Of a DNA stretch of 64,000 nucleotides, positions 27,452 to 37,668 are shown one piece after another. Position 1 is the stretch's first letter. Every line of letters starts with the position of its first letter. The position numbers and the translations under genes were made by a program. Source of the DNA: Myxococcota bacterium (GTDB lineage: Bacteria; Myxococcota_A; Polyangia; Polyangiales; JANWZI01); NCBI GenBank assembly GCA_025054695.1, contig JANWZI010000003.1:27698-91697 (forward strand), given 5' to 3'. The notes under the pieces are model-generated. The model had not been told where the DNA came from. It saw nothing but the letters and a program-made list of their open reading frames with translations, and made no database searches.

Positions 27452-28867
27452 TCAGCCATTGGAACTGGCACTGTGGAACACGAACGGATAGGTCACCGCC
27501 GTCACGCCGGTCGCCGCCGGGAACGGCCAGCGGCGTACCGCTTCGGCGACACACGCACCCAGCGTCGCGTCGCGTGTGTCGTTGGCCGCGACCACCGCGC
27601 TGCCGACCGCGCCGTCGGGTCCGACGACGAACGCGATCGTCACGCGCCCCTGCAGGTCCGGCCGTGCCTGCAAGCGCTGTTCGTAACAGTGCGCGACCTG
27701 CGCGCGGTTGCGCGCGACGACGCGGCGTACCTGCTCGCGCGTCAGGCCGCCGATGACGTCGGCCTCGGCGGGCCGCAGCACGGGGCCGCCACGAGGTTGG
27801 CGTGCGACGCGCGCGAGCATGTGCCCCCGCTCGTCACCCGCGCAGGCGACGACTGCGGCAGCATGGCCGCGTTCGCGCACCAGAGCGCGGAACGTCTCGT
27901 CGGTGCACGTGCCCGAGCTGACTCCGGCCATGCCACTCGGCTGCAAGGCGACGCTGCCCGCGACGCACCACCCATCGCACGACCCGCGCCCGTACCCCAG
28001 CATGTCGAGGCCGCCCGAGCCGGCGCCGAGTCCCGGCGGAAGACCGTGCGGACCGTAGACCTCCGATCGGAGGGCGGATTCGGCCGTGAATGCCGACCCG
28101 TCGCCCAGCGCGCCTGCAGCCCGCCCGAGCACTCCGAGCACGCCGAAGGAGCGCACGCCGTCGGGATCGTCGAGGCGTAGCGACGATTGACTCGCCGGCC
28201 GCGCGCGGCCCCCGCCGCGTCTTTCGGTGACGGCCGGGCTCCCCGCCTGCCCCGCGGGATCGCCGCCGTGCGCTTCCCTCGTCTCGAGTACCTCGTCCGC
28301 GGCCGCGCGCGCCGGAGCATGCCACTCGGGCACCGTGCGGACGTAACGAATGGCGAAGCGCGCCGCCTCCTCGCCCGTCAGGGTAAGCGCTCCGGCGCGC
28401 GGCGGTGCGAGGTGCAACGCAATCACGAACGCCGCGTGGACGGCCGCAGAGGCCGCGATCGCGAGCCACGGACGCGCATCGAGCGCGCCGCGACGCGGAC
28501 GCACGAGTCGGACCGGACGGATGGCGAGCTCGAGCGCGCCTAGCTCGACGACCACGCGCATACCCTCGGCGAGCGGCACGCGACCGCCGCTCGCGCACCA
28601 CCCGACGGAGGACTCGCCGCGGCCGTTCTCCGCGCCTTCGGCCGCCGCATCCGATTCGATCCGTGCGCGCGCCCCCTCGGGAACCCGCGCGTAGCATCGC
28701 GAGCCTTCGCGCTCGAGCAGTTCGAACGGCTCGTGCGACGGAATCGGCACGCCCCGGCCCTCGGTTCCCGTACCGACGCGCAGCGTCTCGCCGTCGCGCA
28801 CGAGCCACGCGTCGACGTACGCGCCATCCCAGCGAAGCACGACCTCCACCGCATCCGCCGATCGCAT
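27452..28867 (-). CDS. AgmX/PglI C-terminal domain protein (TonB-C-like), single-pass membrane protein
   Basis: ORF track, 471 aa. It has a central TM helix (PWLAIAASAAVHAAFVIALHL). The C-terminus is GGLTREQVRRVVARNRAQVAHCYEQRLQARPDLQGRVTIAFVVGPDGAVGSAVVAANDTRDATLGACVAEAVRRWPFPAATGVTAVTYPFVF, which matches the myxobacterial AgmX/PglI C-terminal domain pattern. Confidence 0.8.
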   Translation of the reverse strand: MRSADAVEVVLRWDGAYVDAWLVRDGETLRVGTGTEGRGVPIPSHEPFELLEREGSRCYARVPEGARARIESDAAAEGAENGRGESSVGWCASGGRVPLAEGMRVVVELGALELAIRPVRLVRPRRGALDARPWLAIAASAAVHAAFVIALHLAPPRAGALTLTGEEAARFAIRYVRTVPEWHAPARAAADEVLETREAHGGDPAGQAGSPAVTERRGGGRARPASQSSLRLDDPDGVRSFGVLGVLGRAAGALGDGSAFTAESALRSEVYGPHGLPPGLGAGSGGLDMLGYGRGSCDGWCVAGSVALQPSGMAGVSSGTCTDETFRALVRERGHAAAVVACAGDERGHMLARVARQPRGGPVLRPAEADVIGGLTREQVRRVVARNRAQVAHCYEQRLQARPDLQGRVTIAFVVGPDGAVGSAVVAANDTRDATLGACVAEAVRRWPFPAATGVTAVTYPFVFHSASSNG

Positions 28868-28956
28868 CGGAGCACCTCCGCTTCTTGGGACAGCGCCGGC
28901 TGCACCGAGTTCCCGGACCTCGAGCGGCCGGTGGGCTTACGCTGCGTTCGGTCGCC

Positions 28957-29052
<96 letters not shown>

Positions 29053-29112
29053 GCCGCCGTCCGGCGTGCGGCGTCGTGGACGGGGCCCACACGCGTGCTA
29101 TCCGCACGCGCC

Positions 29113-30564
29113 GTGAGACGGCGGTCCCCCATCGCCGCGCGAGGCTTCGTGGCCGCGTTGCTCGCGTTGCTCGTCCCGTCGGCCGCGTCGGCGGCGGGCG
29201 GGCACGGCGTCTCCGCCTCGTTGTGGCTCGCCCTGGCCGGAATTCTCCTCGCGGCCAAGCTCGGCGGCGAGCTCGCCGTGCGCCTGAAGCAGCCTCCCGT
29301 ACTCGGTGAGCTGCTCGCGGGCATGGTCCTCGGCAACCTGTCGCTGCTCGGCGTCGACGCCTTCCGCGAGGCCGCGGAGCTGCCGGCCGTTGTCTTCCTC
29401 GCCGAGCTCGGCGTCGTGCTGCTGTTGTTCGAGGTCGGTCTCGAGTCGACGCTCGGCCAGATGCGGCGCGTGGCGGGCGCCTCGGGGCTCGTCGCGCTCG
29501 TCGGCGTGCTGTGCCCGATGCTGCTCGGCTACGGCGCGAGCGCCGTGCTGGTGCCCGAGGGCAGCTTCGCGCTGCACCTGTTCATCGGCGCAACGCTGAC
29601 GGCCACGAGCGTCGGCATCACGGCGCGCGTCGCGCAGGATCTCGGCGCGGCGCGGTTGCGCGAAATGAAGATCATCCTGGGCGCCGCGGTCATCGACGAC
29701 GTGCTCGGGCTGCTCGTGCTCGCCGTGGTGGCGCCCATCGCCGCCTCGGGCGCGCTGCCGCCGGCGGCCGATCTGTGGCGCATCGTGCTGATGGCCTCCG
29801 GCTTCCTCGTCGGCGCGCTGCTCGTCGGCACGCTGCTGATGCCCGCGATCTTCCGCCGGGCCGCGGCCCTGCGCGCCCCCGGTGTCGCCGGCGCGCTCGC
29901 CATCGGTCTGTGCCTCGCGCTGTCGGGGATCAGCGCGGCGGCGGGCCTGGCAGCCATCGTGGGAGCGTTCGCGGCCGGCCTCGTGCTCGACGAGGTCCAC
30001 GTGCGGCCCTTCGGCCTGCGCTCGGCGCACGATCTGTCCGAGTACGTCGGGCCCGTCGTCGCGGTCGTCGCGCCGGTCTTCTTCGTCCGCACCGGCATGA
30101 TGGTCCAGGCACAGGGACTCGGCACCGAGACGTTGCTGCTCGCGGGCGGGCTGACGCTCGCGGCGGTGGTGGGCAAGGCCGTCTCGGGACTCGCCGTCGT
30201 CGGCCGCGGCATCGACCGGATCGCGGTCGGTGTGGGCATGGTCCCGCGCGGCGAGGTGGGGCTCATCTTCGCAGCGCAGGGCGCCGCCATCCAGGTGGGC
30301 GGGCGCCCGCTCATCGCGCCGGACGTCTACGGCGCGCTCGTGCTGTGCATCATGGCGACGACGGTCCTGACCCCGCCGTTGCTCGCGTGGCGATTCCGCG
30401 GCGTGCTCGAGCGCCAACACCGCCCAATGGACGAAGAGCGAGACGAACGAACGACGACGCCCGACGGATCGACGGACCACGACGCCGCACCGGCCGACGC
30501 GGCGCGCAGCGCGGAGGCGCCGCCGGTCGACGGCGACGGGGAATCGCCCCACGCCCGACCATGA
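29113..30564 (+). CDS. Cation:proton antiporter (CPA family, Kef/NhaP-like membrane domain)
   Basis: In the frame of track ORF 28405..30564. The start must follow R7, at GTG 29113 or GTG 29095. About 12 TM helices are apparent, with motifs GELLAGMVLGN, LAELGVVLLLFEVGLE and ATLTATSVGITARV. Confidence 0.85.
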   Translation: MRRRSPIAARGFVAALLALLVPSAASAAGGHGVSASLWLALAGILLAAKLGGELAVRLKQPPVLGELLAGMVLGNLSLLGVDAFREAAELPAVVFLAELGVVLLLFEVGLESTLGQMRRVAGASGLVALVGVLCPMLLGYGASAVLVPEGSFALHLFIGATLTATSVGITARVAQDLGAARLREMKIILGAAVIDDVLGLLVLAVVAPIAASGALPPAADLWRIVLMASGFLVGALLVGTLLMPAIFRRAAALRAPGVAGALAIGLCLALSGISAAAGLAAIVGAFAAGLVLDEVHVRPFGLRSAHDLSEYVGPVVAVVAPVFFVRTGMMVQAQGLGTETLLLAGGLTLAAVVGKAVSGLAVVGRGIDRIAVGVGMVPRGEVGLIFAAQGAAIQVGGRPLIAPDVYGALVLCIMATTVLTPPLLAWRFRGVLERQHRPMDEERDERTTTPDGSTDHDAAPADAARSAEAPPVDGDGESPHARP

Positions 30565-33500
30565 GTGTGGCGAGCGCCTTCGACCTCGAGGCCGAGCTCG
30601 CGCGGCCGACGAGCGGGCTCGCCGACGTGCTTCGCGCGATGGCGAGCCGGCGCCGGACGGACCTCGTGGGCGCACCGCCGTCGGCGCTGGCGCTGCTGCT
30701 GGCACGCGCGCGCACACAGGGGCTCGGACCGTTCGTCGTCGTCACGCCGGAGCCTGCCGATGCACGCCGCGTCGCCGAGGCCCTCGCCTTCTTTCTGGGC
30801 GAGACGAACGAGGGCGAGTCGGGCGACGCCGAGGTGCTGTTGCTCCCTGCGCCCGAGAGCAGCCCCTGGGTCGAGCTCGCTCCCGATCGCCGGCTCGCGA
30901 TGGACCGGCTCGCCGCACTGCACCGCCTCGCCCTGGGCCCGGGCTGGTCCGCGCTCGTCGTGCCCGCCGCGGCGCTCGTCCGCAAGGTCGCGCCGCGCTC
31001 CTCGCTGCTCGCGCACGCGCTCGTGGTGCGACCGGGCGAGGAGCTCGACCGCGAGGCGCTGGCGACCCGACTGGTCGACGCGGGCTACGTGCGCGTTCCG
31101 GTCGTCGAGGATCCGGGCACCTTCGCGATGCGCGGCGCGCGCATCGACGTGTGGCCTCCGCGCCATGCGCGGCCGGTGCGGATCGAGCTCGACGACTGGC
31201 TCGTCGTGGCGCTGCACGAATTCGATCCCGAGCTGCAGCGCGCGCAGCGCGCGCTGGACGCGCTCACCATTCACGCCGTCCGCGAAGAAGCCGCTTCGGC
31301 CGAGGGCCGCGCGCGGGCCCGCAGCCGCGTCCGCGCCCTGCTCGACGAGGCCAACTGGCCGACGTCGCGCGCGCGGGCGCTCGTCGAAGCGCTCGAATCG
31401 GGCCGGCTGTTCACGGCCGGCGACGCCTGGCTCCCCGCCTTCCACGACGCGCTCGAGACGGTCCTGGAGGTGGCGGGAGACGACGCGACGGTCGTGCTCC
31501 ACGACCCCGTCGCCATCGTCCGCGTGCTCGAGGAGGAACTGACCCGGGCACGCGCCGACCGACAAGCCCGTCTCGACGCCGGCACGCCGTGCTTTCCCTT
31601 CGAGGCCCACTATGTCTCGCTCGACGAGCTCGGCGCGGAGCTGCTCGCCCGACGCACGCTCGTCGTGCACGCGCTCGCCGTCGAAGGCGCGGGGGAGGGC
31701 CCGCTCGGCCCGCTGCAGCGACCCGAGCAGCCGCTGGTGCTGGGTGCCTCGGGGCACGGCGCACTCGTCGCGAGCCTTCGCGCGCGACGTGCCGAGGAGC
31801 CAGCCCGCGCGATCCCATGGCTCGCGGACCGCATCCGCGACTGGCTCGAGCAGGGGTTGCGCGTGCTGCTGGTCGCGCGCACCGTCGCCCAGGCCGATCG
31901 CATCGGCGCCCTGCTGCGGCCCCACGGCCCCTCGGGTCCGCTGCTCGATCGCGCCGGCATTCGGCGCGCCGTCGGGGCGAGCCCGGATCTGACGCCGGGG
32001 CGAATCGCCTTCGGCGTCGGGAAGCTCTCGGCGGGATTTCTGTTGCCCTCGGAAGCACTCTGCGTCCTGACCGAGCAGGAGATCTTCGGCGAACGCATCG
32101 CGCGTCGGGCTCCGGTGCGCGAGCGCCGCGTGCGGGCCGCCCGCGAAGCGCTCGACGACCTGCGCGAGCTGCGCCCCGGCGACTACGTGGTGCACGCGCT
32201 GCACGGCATCGGACGCTACGTGGGCCTCGAGCAGCGCACCATCGGCCAGAGCGCCCTCGAGCGCATGCGGGGCGAGCGGCCCGTCGCGGTCGAGGTGCTC
32301 GTCGTCGAGTACGCCGGCGGGGACCGGCTCCTCGTTCCCGTCACGCGGCTCGACCAGCTGCATCGCTACGCCGGCCCCGAGGGCGCACCGCCGCGCCTGG
32401 ATCGGCTCGGGGGACAGAGCTTCGCGCGGACGCGTGCCCGGGTACGCGAACGCGTGCAGCAGATCGCCGACGAGCTGCTGCGGCTCTATGCCGAGCGCAC
32501 GGCCACCGAGCGAGCTGCACTGCCGCCCCCGGGTCCCGAATACGCGGAGCTGGAGGCGACGTTCCCGTACGAGGAGACGCCCGATCAGGCGCGCGCCATC
32601 GACGAGGTGCTCGCCGACCTGGAGCGGCCTCGTCCGATGGACCGGCTCGTGTGCGGCGACGTCGGCTTCGGCAAGACCGAGGTGGCGATCCGGGCGGCGT
32701 TCCGCGTGGCGATGGCCGGCAGGCAGGTCGCCGTGCTCTGCCCCACCACGGTGCTCGCACAGCAGCACCACGCGACGTTCCGCGCACGCTTCGAGCCGTT
32801 CCCCCTGCGCGTCGAGGTCCTTTCGCGCTTCGTGGACCGCGAGACGCAGGCGCGGGTGCTCGCCGGGCTGCGAGACGGGACCATCGACGTCGTCGTCGGC
32901 ACGCACCGCCTACTCTCACGCGACGTACGCTTCGCGCGCCTGGGGCTGCTCGTCGTCGACGAAGAGCAGCGGTTCGGAGTCGCCCACAAGGAGCGCATCA
33001 AACAGATGCGGACCGAGGTGGACGTGCTGACGCTGTCGGCGACGCCCATCCCACGCACGCTCCAGCTCGCCATCGGGGGCCTTCGGGACATCTCGCTCAT
33101 CACGACGCCCCCCGTCGACCGGCGATCGGTGCGCACCTTCGTCGCGCGCTGGGACGAGCGGCTCGTCGCCGAAGCGGTGCGGCGTGAGCTCGGGCGCGGC
33201 GGCCAGGTCTTCTACGTCTACAACCGCATCGAGGACTTGCACGAAAAGGCCGCCACGCTGCAACGGCTCGTGCCCGAGGCGCGCATCGCCGTGGCGCACG
33301 GACGCATGCAGGAAGCGACGCTGGAGCGCACGATGGCCGGCTTCGTCGAAGGCCGCTGGGACGTGCTCTGCTCGACGGCGATCGTCGAGAGCGGCCTCGA
33401 CATCCCCCGCGCCAACACGATGCTGGTCGATCGCGCCGACGTCTTCGGGCTCGCCCAGCTCTATCAGCTGCGCGGCCGCGTCGGGCGCGGGCGCGAGCGT

Positions 33501-34217
33501 GCGTACTGCTACCTGTTGACGCCGCCGCCCTCGGCGATGACCGACGAAGCGCGCGCACGCATCGAAGCCCTCGAACGGTTCACGGCACTCGGCTCCGGCT
33601 TCCGCATCGCCACGCTCGACATGGAGCTGCGCGGAGCGGGAGAGCTGCTCGGCGTCGAGCAGAGCGGACACGTGGCGATGGTGGGCATGGACATGTTCCT
33701 GCAGATGCTCGCCGACGCCGTCGCCGAGCTGCGCGGGCAACCGCCCCCGCGTCCCATCGACCCCGACGTCCACGTCGACGTCGAGACCGTGTTGCCCGAA
33801 GCGTACGTCGAGGACGTGGGCGTGCGTCTTTCCATGTACAAGCGGCTCGCCTCCGCAGACACCGAGGAGGACGTCTTGGCCATCGCCGCCGAACTGGAGG
33901 ATCGCTTCGGGCCACTGCCCGAGCCCGCCCGGCGCCTGGTTCGCGTCATGCGCGTCCGCCCGCTGTTGCGCGAGCTTCGCATCCCGACGTGCGAGGCGAG
34001 CGCAACCCGCGTGGCGCTGCACCTCGGCGCAGACAGCAAGCTCGATCCGGCGCTCGTGGCCGAGGAGGTCGGCCGCCGCGGAAGTCCGTACCGACTGGGC
34101 GCGGATCTCAAGCTCGTGCGGCGCTTCGACGAGTCGTCTTCGGGCGACGCGCTCGATCGTCTCGAAGAAACGCTGGGCGACGTGCGCGCGCGCTTCGTCC
34201 GACCTGCCGCCTCCTGA
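30561..34217 (+). CDS. mfd: Transcription-repair coupling factor Mfd
   Basis: ATG 30561 overlaps the antiporter stop (ATGA), in the frame of track ORF 29511..34217. It has a UvrB-homology N-terminus and an RNAP-interaction region. The SF2 helicase motifs are GDVGFGKTEVA and VVDEEQRFG. A C-terminal TRCF domain is present. Confidence 0.96.
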   Translation: MSVASAFDLEAELARPTSGLADVLRAMASRRRTDLVGAPPSALALLLARARTQGLGPFVVVTPEPADARRVAEALAFFLGETNEGESGDAEVLLLPAPESSPWVELAPDRRLAMDRLAALHRLALGPGWSALVVPAAALVRKVAPRSSLLAHALVVRPGEELDREALATRLVDAGYVRVPVVEDPGTFAMRGARIDVWPPRHARPVRIELDDWLVVALHEFDPELQRAQRALDALTIHAVREEAASAEGRARARSRVRALLDEANWPTSRARALVEALESGRLFTAGDAWLPAFHDALETVLEVAGDDATVVLHDPVAIVRVLEEELTRARADRQARLDAGTPCFPFEAHYVSLDELGAELLARRTLVVHALAVEGAGEGPLGPLQRPEQPLVLGASGHGALVASLRARRAEEPARAIPWLADRIRDWLEQGLRVLLVARTVAQADRIGALLRPHGPSGPLLDRAGIRRAVGASPDLTPGRIAFGVGKLSAGFLLPSEALCVLTEQEIFGERIARRAPVRERRVRAAREALDDLRELRPGDYVVHALHGIGRYVGLEQRTIGQSALERMRGERPVAVEVLVVEYAGGDRLLVPVTRLDQLHRYAGPEGAPPRLDRLGGQSFARTRARVRERVQQIADELLRLYAERTATERAALPPPGPEYAELEATFPYEETPDQARAIDEVLADLERPRPMDRLVCGDVGFGKTEVAIRAAFRVAMAGRQVAVLCPTTVLAQQHHATFRARFEPFPLRVEVLSRFVDRETQARVLAGLRDGTIDVVVGTHRLLSRDVRFARLGLLVVDEEQRFGVAHKERIKQMRTEVDVLTLSATPIPRTLQLAIGGLRDISLITTPPVDRRSVRTFVARWDERLVAEAVRRELGRGGQVFYVYNRIEDLHEKAATLQRLVPEARIAVAHGRMQEATLERTMAGFVEGRWDVLCSTAIVESGLDIPRANTMLVDRADVFGLAQLYQLRGRVGRGRERAYCYLLTPPPSAMTDEARARIEALERFTALGSGFRIATLDMELRGAGELLGVEQSGHVAMVGMDMFLQMLADAVAELRGQPPPRPIDPDVHVDVETVLPEAYVEDVGVRLSMYKRLASADTEEDVLAIAAELEDRFGPLPEPARRLVRVMRVRPLLRELRIPTCEASATRVALHLGADSKLDPALVAEEVGRRGSPYRLGADLKLVRRFDESSSGDALDRLEETLGDVRARFVRPAAS

Positions 34218-34221
34218 CGTA

Positions 34222-34279
34222 CCTCGGGCTCGGTCTCCGACTCGGACTCGGCCTCGGGCTCGGACTCGGGCTCGGGTTC
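34222..34279 (+). repeat. Hexamer-periodic intergenic repeat array R8
   Basis: GGCTCG/GACTCG/GGTCTC units start 5 nt after the mfd stop and end before the next gene. Confidence 0.85.
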
Positions 34280-34358
34280 CGTTCAAGGTCTGGACGTGGC
34301 CTCACGCGCGAACCGCCTTCGCGTTTCTCCCCCTGACCGTTTCCCCGATCCAGAAGAC

Positions 34359-35612
34359 GTGGCCGTTGTGGCAACCTTCGCAAGGGTGCTCGCGCTCCTC
34401 TTGTTGCTGCTGGGCTGTTCGGAGCAACCGCCGCCTCCACCGCCGCCGCCACCGAGGCCGCCGGAACGCCCCCCGCTCGTCGGACCGCGTGCCGTCTCGT
34501 CGCGCGCGGCCTTCGACCTCGTCGCCTCGCGCCAGGGCGCGTTTCTGGTATTCGGGCCCACGCAGCAGGCCGGCGGCGGCCTCGTCGTCCAGCCCCTCGA
34601 CGCCATCGGCGCTCCGCGCGGATCCGAGATCGCGCTCGAGCGCATTCCCACGCGCCGTTCGGGCGAGCTTCCGCCCCCCTACGCCCTCGAGGTCGTCGCC
34701 GCCACCGCCGCGGGCCGCCTCGGGGTCGCGTACGTCGTCGCCGAGGACGCCGGCATCATCGTCCGAGCGGTCCATGCCTCGGACGACCTTCAGTCGTCGA
34801 GCCCACCGCAGACGCTGGCGGAGACGGGACTGCGTCTGTGGCGCGGACGCGGACAGGTCGGACTCGCCGCATCGGCCGATGGAACACTGTCGTTGCTCGC
34901 GCGCGCGGGCACCGCGCCGTGCGAGGCATCTTCGCAGACAGCGCCGACGAATCTTCCGCGAACCGACGTCGACCCGGATCTCGTCGCCGCCCCCGCGCGA
35001 ACGTGCGTGCGCATCCGAGCGTGGCGCCTGGCCTCGCCTCCATCTCTACGCGAGGCGGAAAGCCTGCTTCTGCCGGACGCGTGCGAGGGCCCGATCGTCG
35101 GGCATCTGTGGTCGGACGGCGTCTGGTACCACGCCGTCTGCAATCTCGAGAACGGCGTCCCGGTGACGACGGGGTACGCGATCCAGTTCGATCCGCCGTA
35201 TGCGCGCGCCGACCGGCTCCTGGAGGGCACGTGGCCCGTCGGGCTCGCTCCCGTCGCGTCCGGGCTCCGAGACGGCCGCGGGGGCGTGATCCTCGTCGCC
35301 GAGGACGGCGCCATGGTGGCCATCGGCCCGATGCTGAGCGGCGTGCCCATGCCCACGACGGAGCGAAGGGTTCGCTGCGATGCGGGCCGACCCGTACTGG
35401 AGGGTGGCCCCGTACGCGTCGCGCTGTCCGCGCCCACGTCGCGCCTCGAGTCCCTGCTGCCCCCTCAGCTCGCCCCGGCCGGCGCACGAGCCGTCTGGAC
35501 GGGCGAGGCGCTCCTGGTCGCCGTACCCGCGAGCCGGGACGTCATCGTGCGGCGCTACCAATGTGAGCGCGGCGAGCTCGTACGAACCGAGCGTTTCGGA
35601 GCCGAATCGTGA
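34359..35612 (+). CDS. Hypothetical lipoprotein with a poly-Pro linker
   Basis: Frame of track ORF 34296..35612. I prefer GTG 34359 or 34368 (VATFARVLALLLLLLGCSEQPPPPPPPPP, lipobox LLLGC). I recognise no family. Confidence 0.55.
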   Translation: MAVVATFARVLALLLLLLGCSEQPPPPPPPPPRPPERPPLVGPRAVSSRAAFDLVASRQGAFLVFGPTQQAGGGLVVQPLDAIGAPRGSEIALERIPTRRSGELPPPYALEVVAATAAGRLGVAYVVAEDAGIIVRAVHASDDLQSSSPPQTLAETGLRLWRGRGQVGLAASADGTLSLLARAGTAPCEASSQTAPTNLPRTDVDPDLVAAPARTCVRIRAWRLASPPSLREAESLLLPDACEGPIVGHLWSDGVWYHAVCNLENGVPVTTGYAIQFDPPYARADRLLEGTWPVGLAPVASGLRDGRGGVILVAEDGAMVAIGPMLSGVPMPTTERRVRCDAGRPVLEGGPVRVALSAPTSRLESLLPPQLAPAGARAVWTGEALLVAVPASRDVIVRRYQCERGELVRTERFGAES

Positions 35613-37636
35613 CCCGCGCCCGCGCGCGGGGACTCGGCGGGCCGCTGCTGTATCTCGCACTTATCGGATGCGACGGCGGCGCGAGCCGTCCCGACGCCGG
35701 AGCGGGCGATGCCGCCACGGACGCCGGACCGACGTGTACCGTCCTTCTCGAACCGACGGGCACGTTCTGGCGGTGGCCCGAGCCGCTCCTGATGGTCGAC
35801 GATCCGTCGACGCCGACGGGCGTGCGCCTGCGATTCGACGCGGAGCGCTTCGCCGCCATCGCGGCCGGCGCGGCCGGCTATCGCCCCATCTTCACCGAAG
35901 ACCTCGCCGACCTCGACGGCTTCGGCGTCAACGCGGAGGTTTTCTTCCAGTTCGGTCGCGCGTTCGACCTGGCGCGGTTGCCTCAGGCCGAGGCAAGCGC
36001 ACGACCGGAGGCGGGTCTCGGCCTCGCCATCGTCGAGCCGGGACCGGCGCGCCTGGTGCCGGTGCTCGTGCGGCTGACGGACCGCGACCGCACGCCGATG
36101 CTCGCTCCGATGACGCCGCTGCCACCGCGCGCGCTCGCGGTCGCGTTCGTCACGCGCGCGCTGACGCAAGCGGCCGGCGGCTGCCTCGAGCCGTCCGACG
36201 CGATGCGCGCCGAGCTCGCGGCGCCCGATGGGCGGCTCGGCAGGGCCCTCGATGCCCTCCGTACGCTCGGCGTGATCGTCTCGACCGACGACCTCGTCGC
36301 CGTCTCGGCCTTCGTTACGCAATCGACGGTGGACGCCTCAGTCGCCGTGGCCGCCGACGTCGCTTCGCGACGCTTCGAGCTCGACGAGCCAGCGCGCTGC
36401 ACCAACGAGGGAACGTGGCGTCGCTGTGAGGGAATGCTCGAGGTCGGCGACTATCGAGATCCGGACGGCGTGGTCCGCGTGACGGGCACGGCGGCCGTTC
36501 CGGTCACCCGCTATCGCCTCCCGGTGACCGTGTACCTGCCGCTCTCCGACCGCGCCCGCCCGCCGTACCGCACCCTCGTGTTCGGCCACGGACTCGGCTC
36601 GGATCGCCACCAGGGCCAACGCCTCGCGCAGTTCGCCGCACCGCGTGGCTACGCCACGGTCGCGATCGACGCCGTGGCGCATGGCGAGCACCCGACCAAC
36701 CCCGCTCCCGACTCGGGCCGGATCGAGACCGTGCTCCGGTTCTTCACCATCGGCGACCTGGAGAGGCGCGCGCTCGAGGGGCTGCGGCTGCGCGATCACT
36801 TCCGCCAGGCGACGTATGACAAATTACAATTGACCCGCTGGCTCCAGTCCCACCCCGACGTCGACGGCGATGGGACGGCCGACCTCGACGGCGCCGACCT
36901 CGCCTACCTCGGCGTTTCGCTCGGCGGCATCATGGGCGTCGAGCTGGTCGCGCTCACCGACGCCTATCGCGCCGCGGTGCTCGTCGTGCCCGGGGGCCGC
37001 GTCTCGGGCCTCATCGCCGACTCGGAACTCTTCGGAGCCCTCGTCGTCGCGCTACGCCCACCGCGCGTGACCGAGGGAGACGTGCGGCGCTTCTTCCCGG
37101 TGCTGCAGACCGTGCTCGATCGGGGCGACGCCGCGAGCTATGGCCCTCACGTCCTCGGCGCGCGCCTGCCGGGAGCTGGGCGCGCTCCGGATGTGCTCGT
37201 CGGCGTCGTCCTCGACGACGACACCGTGCCCAACGTGTCTAACTACGCGCTGGCGCGTGCGATGGGTCTGTCGATCGTCCCGCCGGTGCTGCGACCGGAG
37301 CCCGGGATGCCCACCGGTCCGCCGCCGCCCGTGCGCGGCAACGTGGACGCCGGCGACGGGCATCGCGTGACCGCCGGGCTGCTCCAGTTCGACGTCGTCC
37401 GCGAGCCGGACGGCCGCGTCGAGCAGGCGACGCATTCGAACGTGGGTGACTCGGAGGTCGGGGTGGACGCGTGGCTCGCGTTCCTCGAGGCGCACTGGAG
37501 CAACGGTCTCGCCGAGATCGTCGACCCCTACGCGCGCACCGGGCTACCGCACGGCCGAGGAGCCGGCGAGCGGTGCGTGGCGGACGCCGAGTGCCGGACC
37601 GGCCGCTGCGGAGCGGACCGGCGCTGCGCGCCTTGA
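35609..37636 (+). CDS. Secreted lipoprotein with an alpha/beta-hydrolase (lipase/esterase-like) domain
   Basis: ORF track, 675 aa. The GTG start overlaps the upstream stop (GTGA). It has the lipobox LALIGCDGG, the nucleophile elbow GVSLGG, and a downstream Asp/His region. The tail is Cys-rich (CVADAECRTGRCGADRRC). Confidence 0.65.
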   Translation: MTRARARGLGGPLLYLALIGCDGGASRPDAGAGDAATDAGPTCTVLLEPTGTFWRWPEPLLMVDDPSTPTGVRLRFDAERFAAIAAGAAGYRPIFTEDLADLDGFGVNAEVFFQFGRAFDLARLPQAEASARPEAGLGLAIVEPGPARLVPVLVRLTDRDRTPMLAPMTPLPPRALAVAFVTRALTQAAGGCLEPSDAMRAELAAPDGRLGRALDALRTLGVIVSTDDLVAVSAFVTQSTVDASVAVAADVASRRFELDEPARCTNEGTWRRCEGMLEVGDYRDPDGVVRVTGTAAVPVTRYRLPVTVYLPLSDRARPPYRTLVFGHGLGSDRHQGQRLAQFAAPRGYATVAIDAVAHGEHPTNPAPDSGRIETVLRFFTIGDLERRALEGLRLRDHFRQATYDKLQLTRWLQSHPDVDGDGTADLDGADLAYLGVSLGGIMGVELVALTDAYRAAVLVVPGGRVSGLIADSELFGALVVALRPPRVTEGDVRRFFPVLQTVLDRGDAASYGPHVLGARLPGAGRAPDVLVGVVLDDDTVPNVSNYALARAMGLSIVPPVLRPEPGMPTGPPPPVRGNVDAGDGHRVTAGLLQFDVVREPDGRVEQATHSNVGDSEVGVDAWLAFLEAHWSNGLAEIVDPYARTGLPHGRGAGERCVADAECRTGRCGADRRCAP

Positions 37637-37668
37637 CGCCGCGCCCCTTCGGCGCGACGAACGCGACG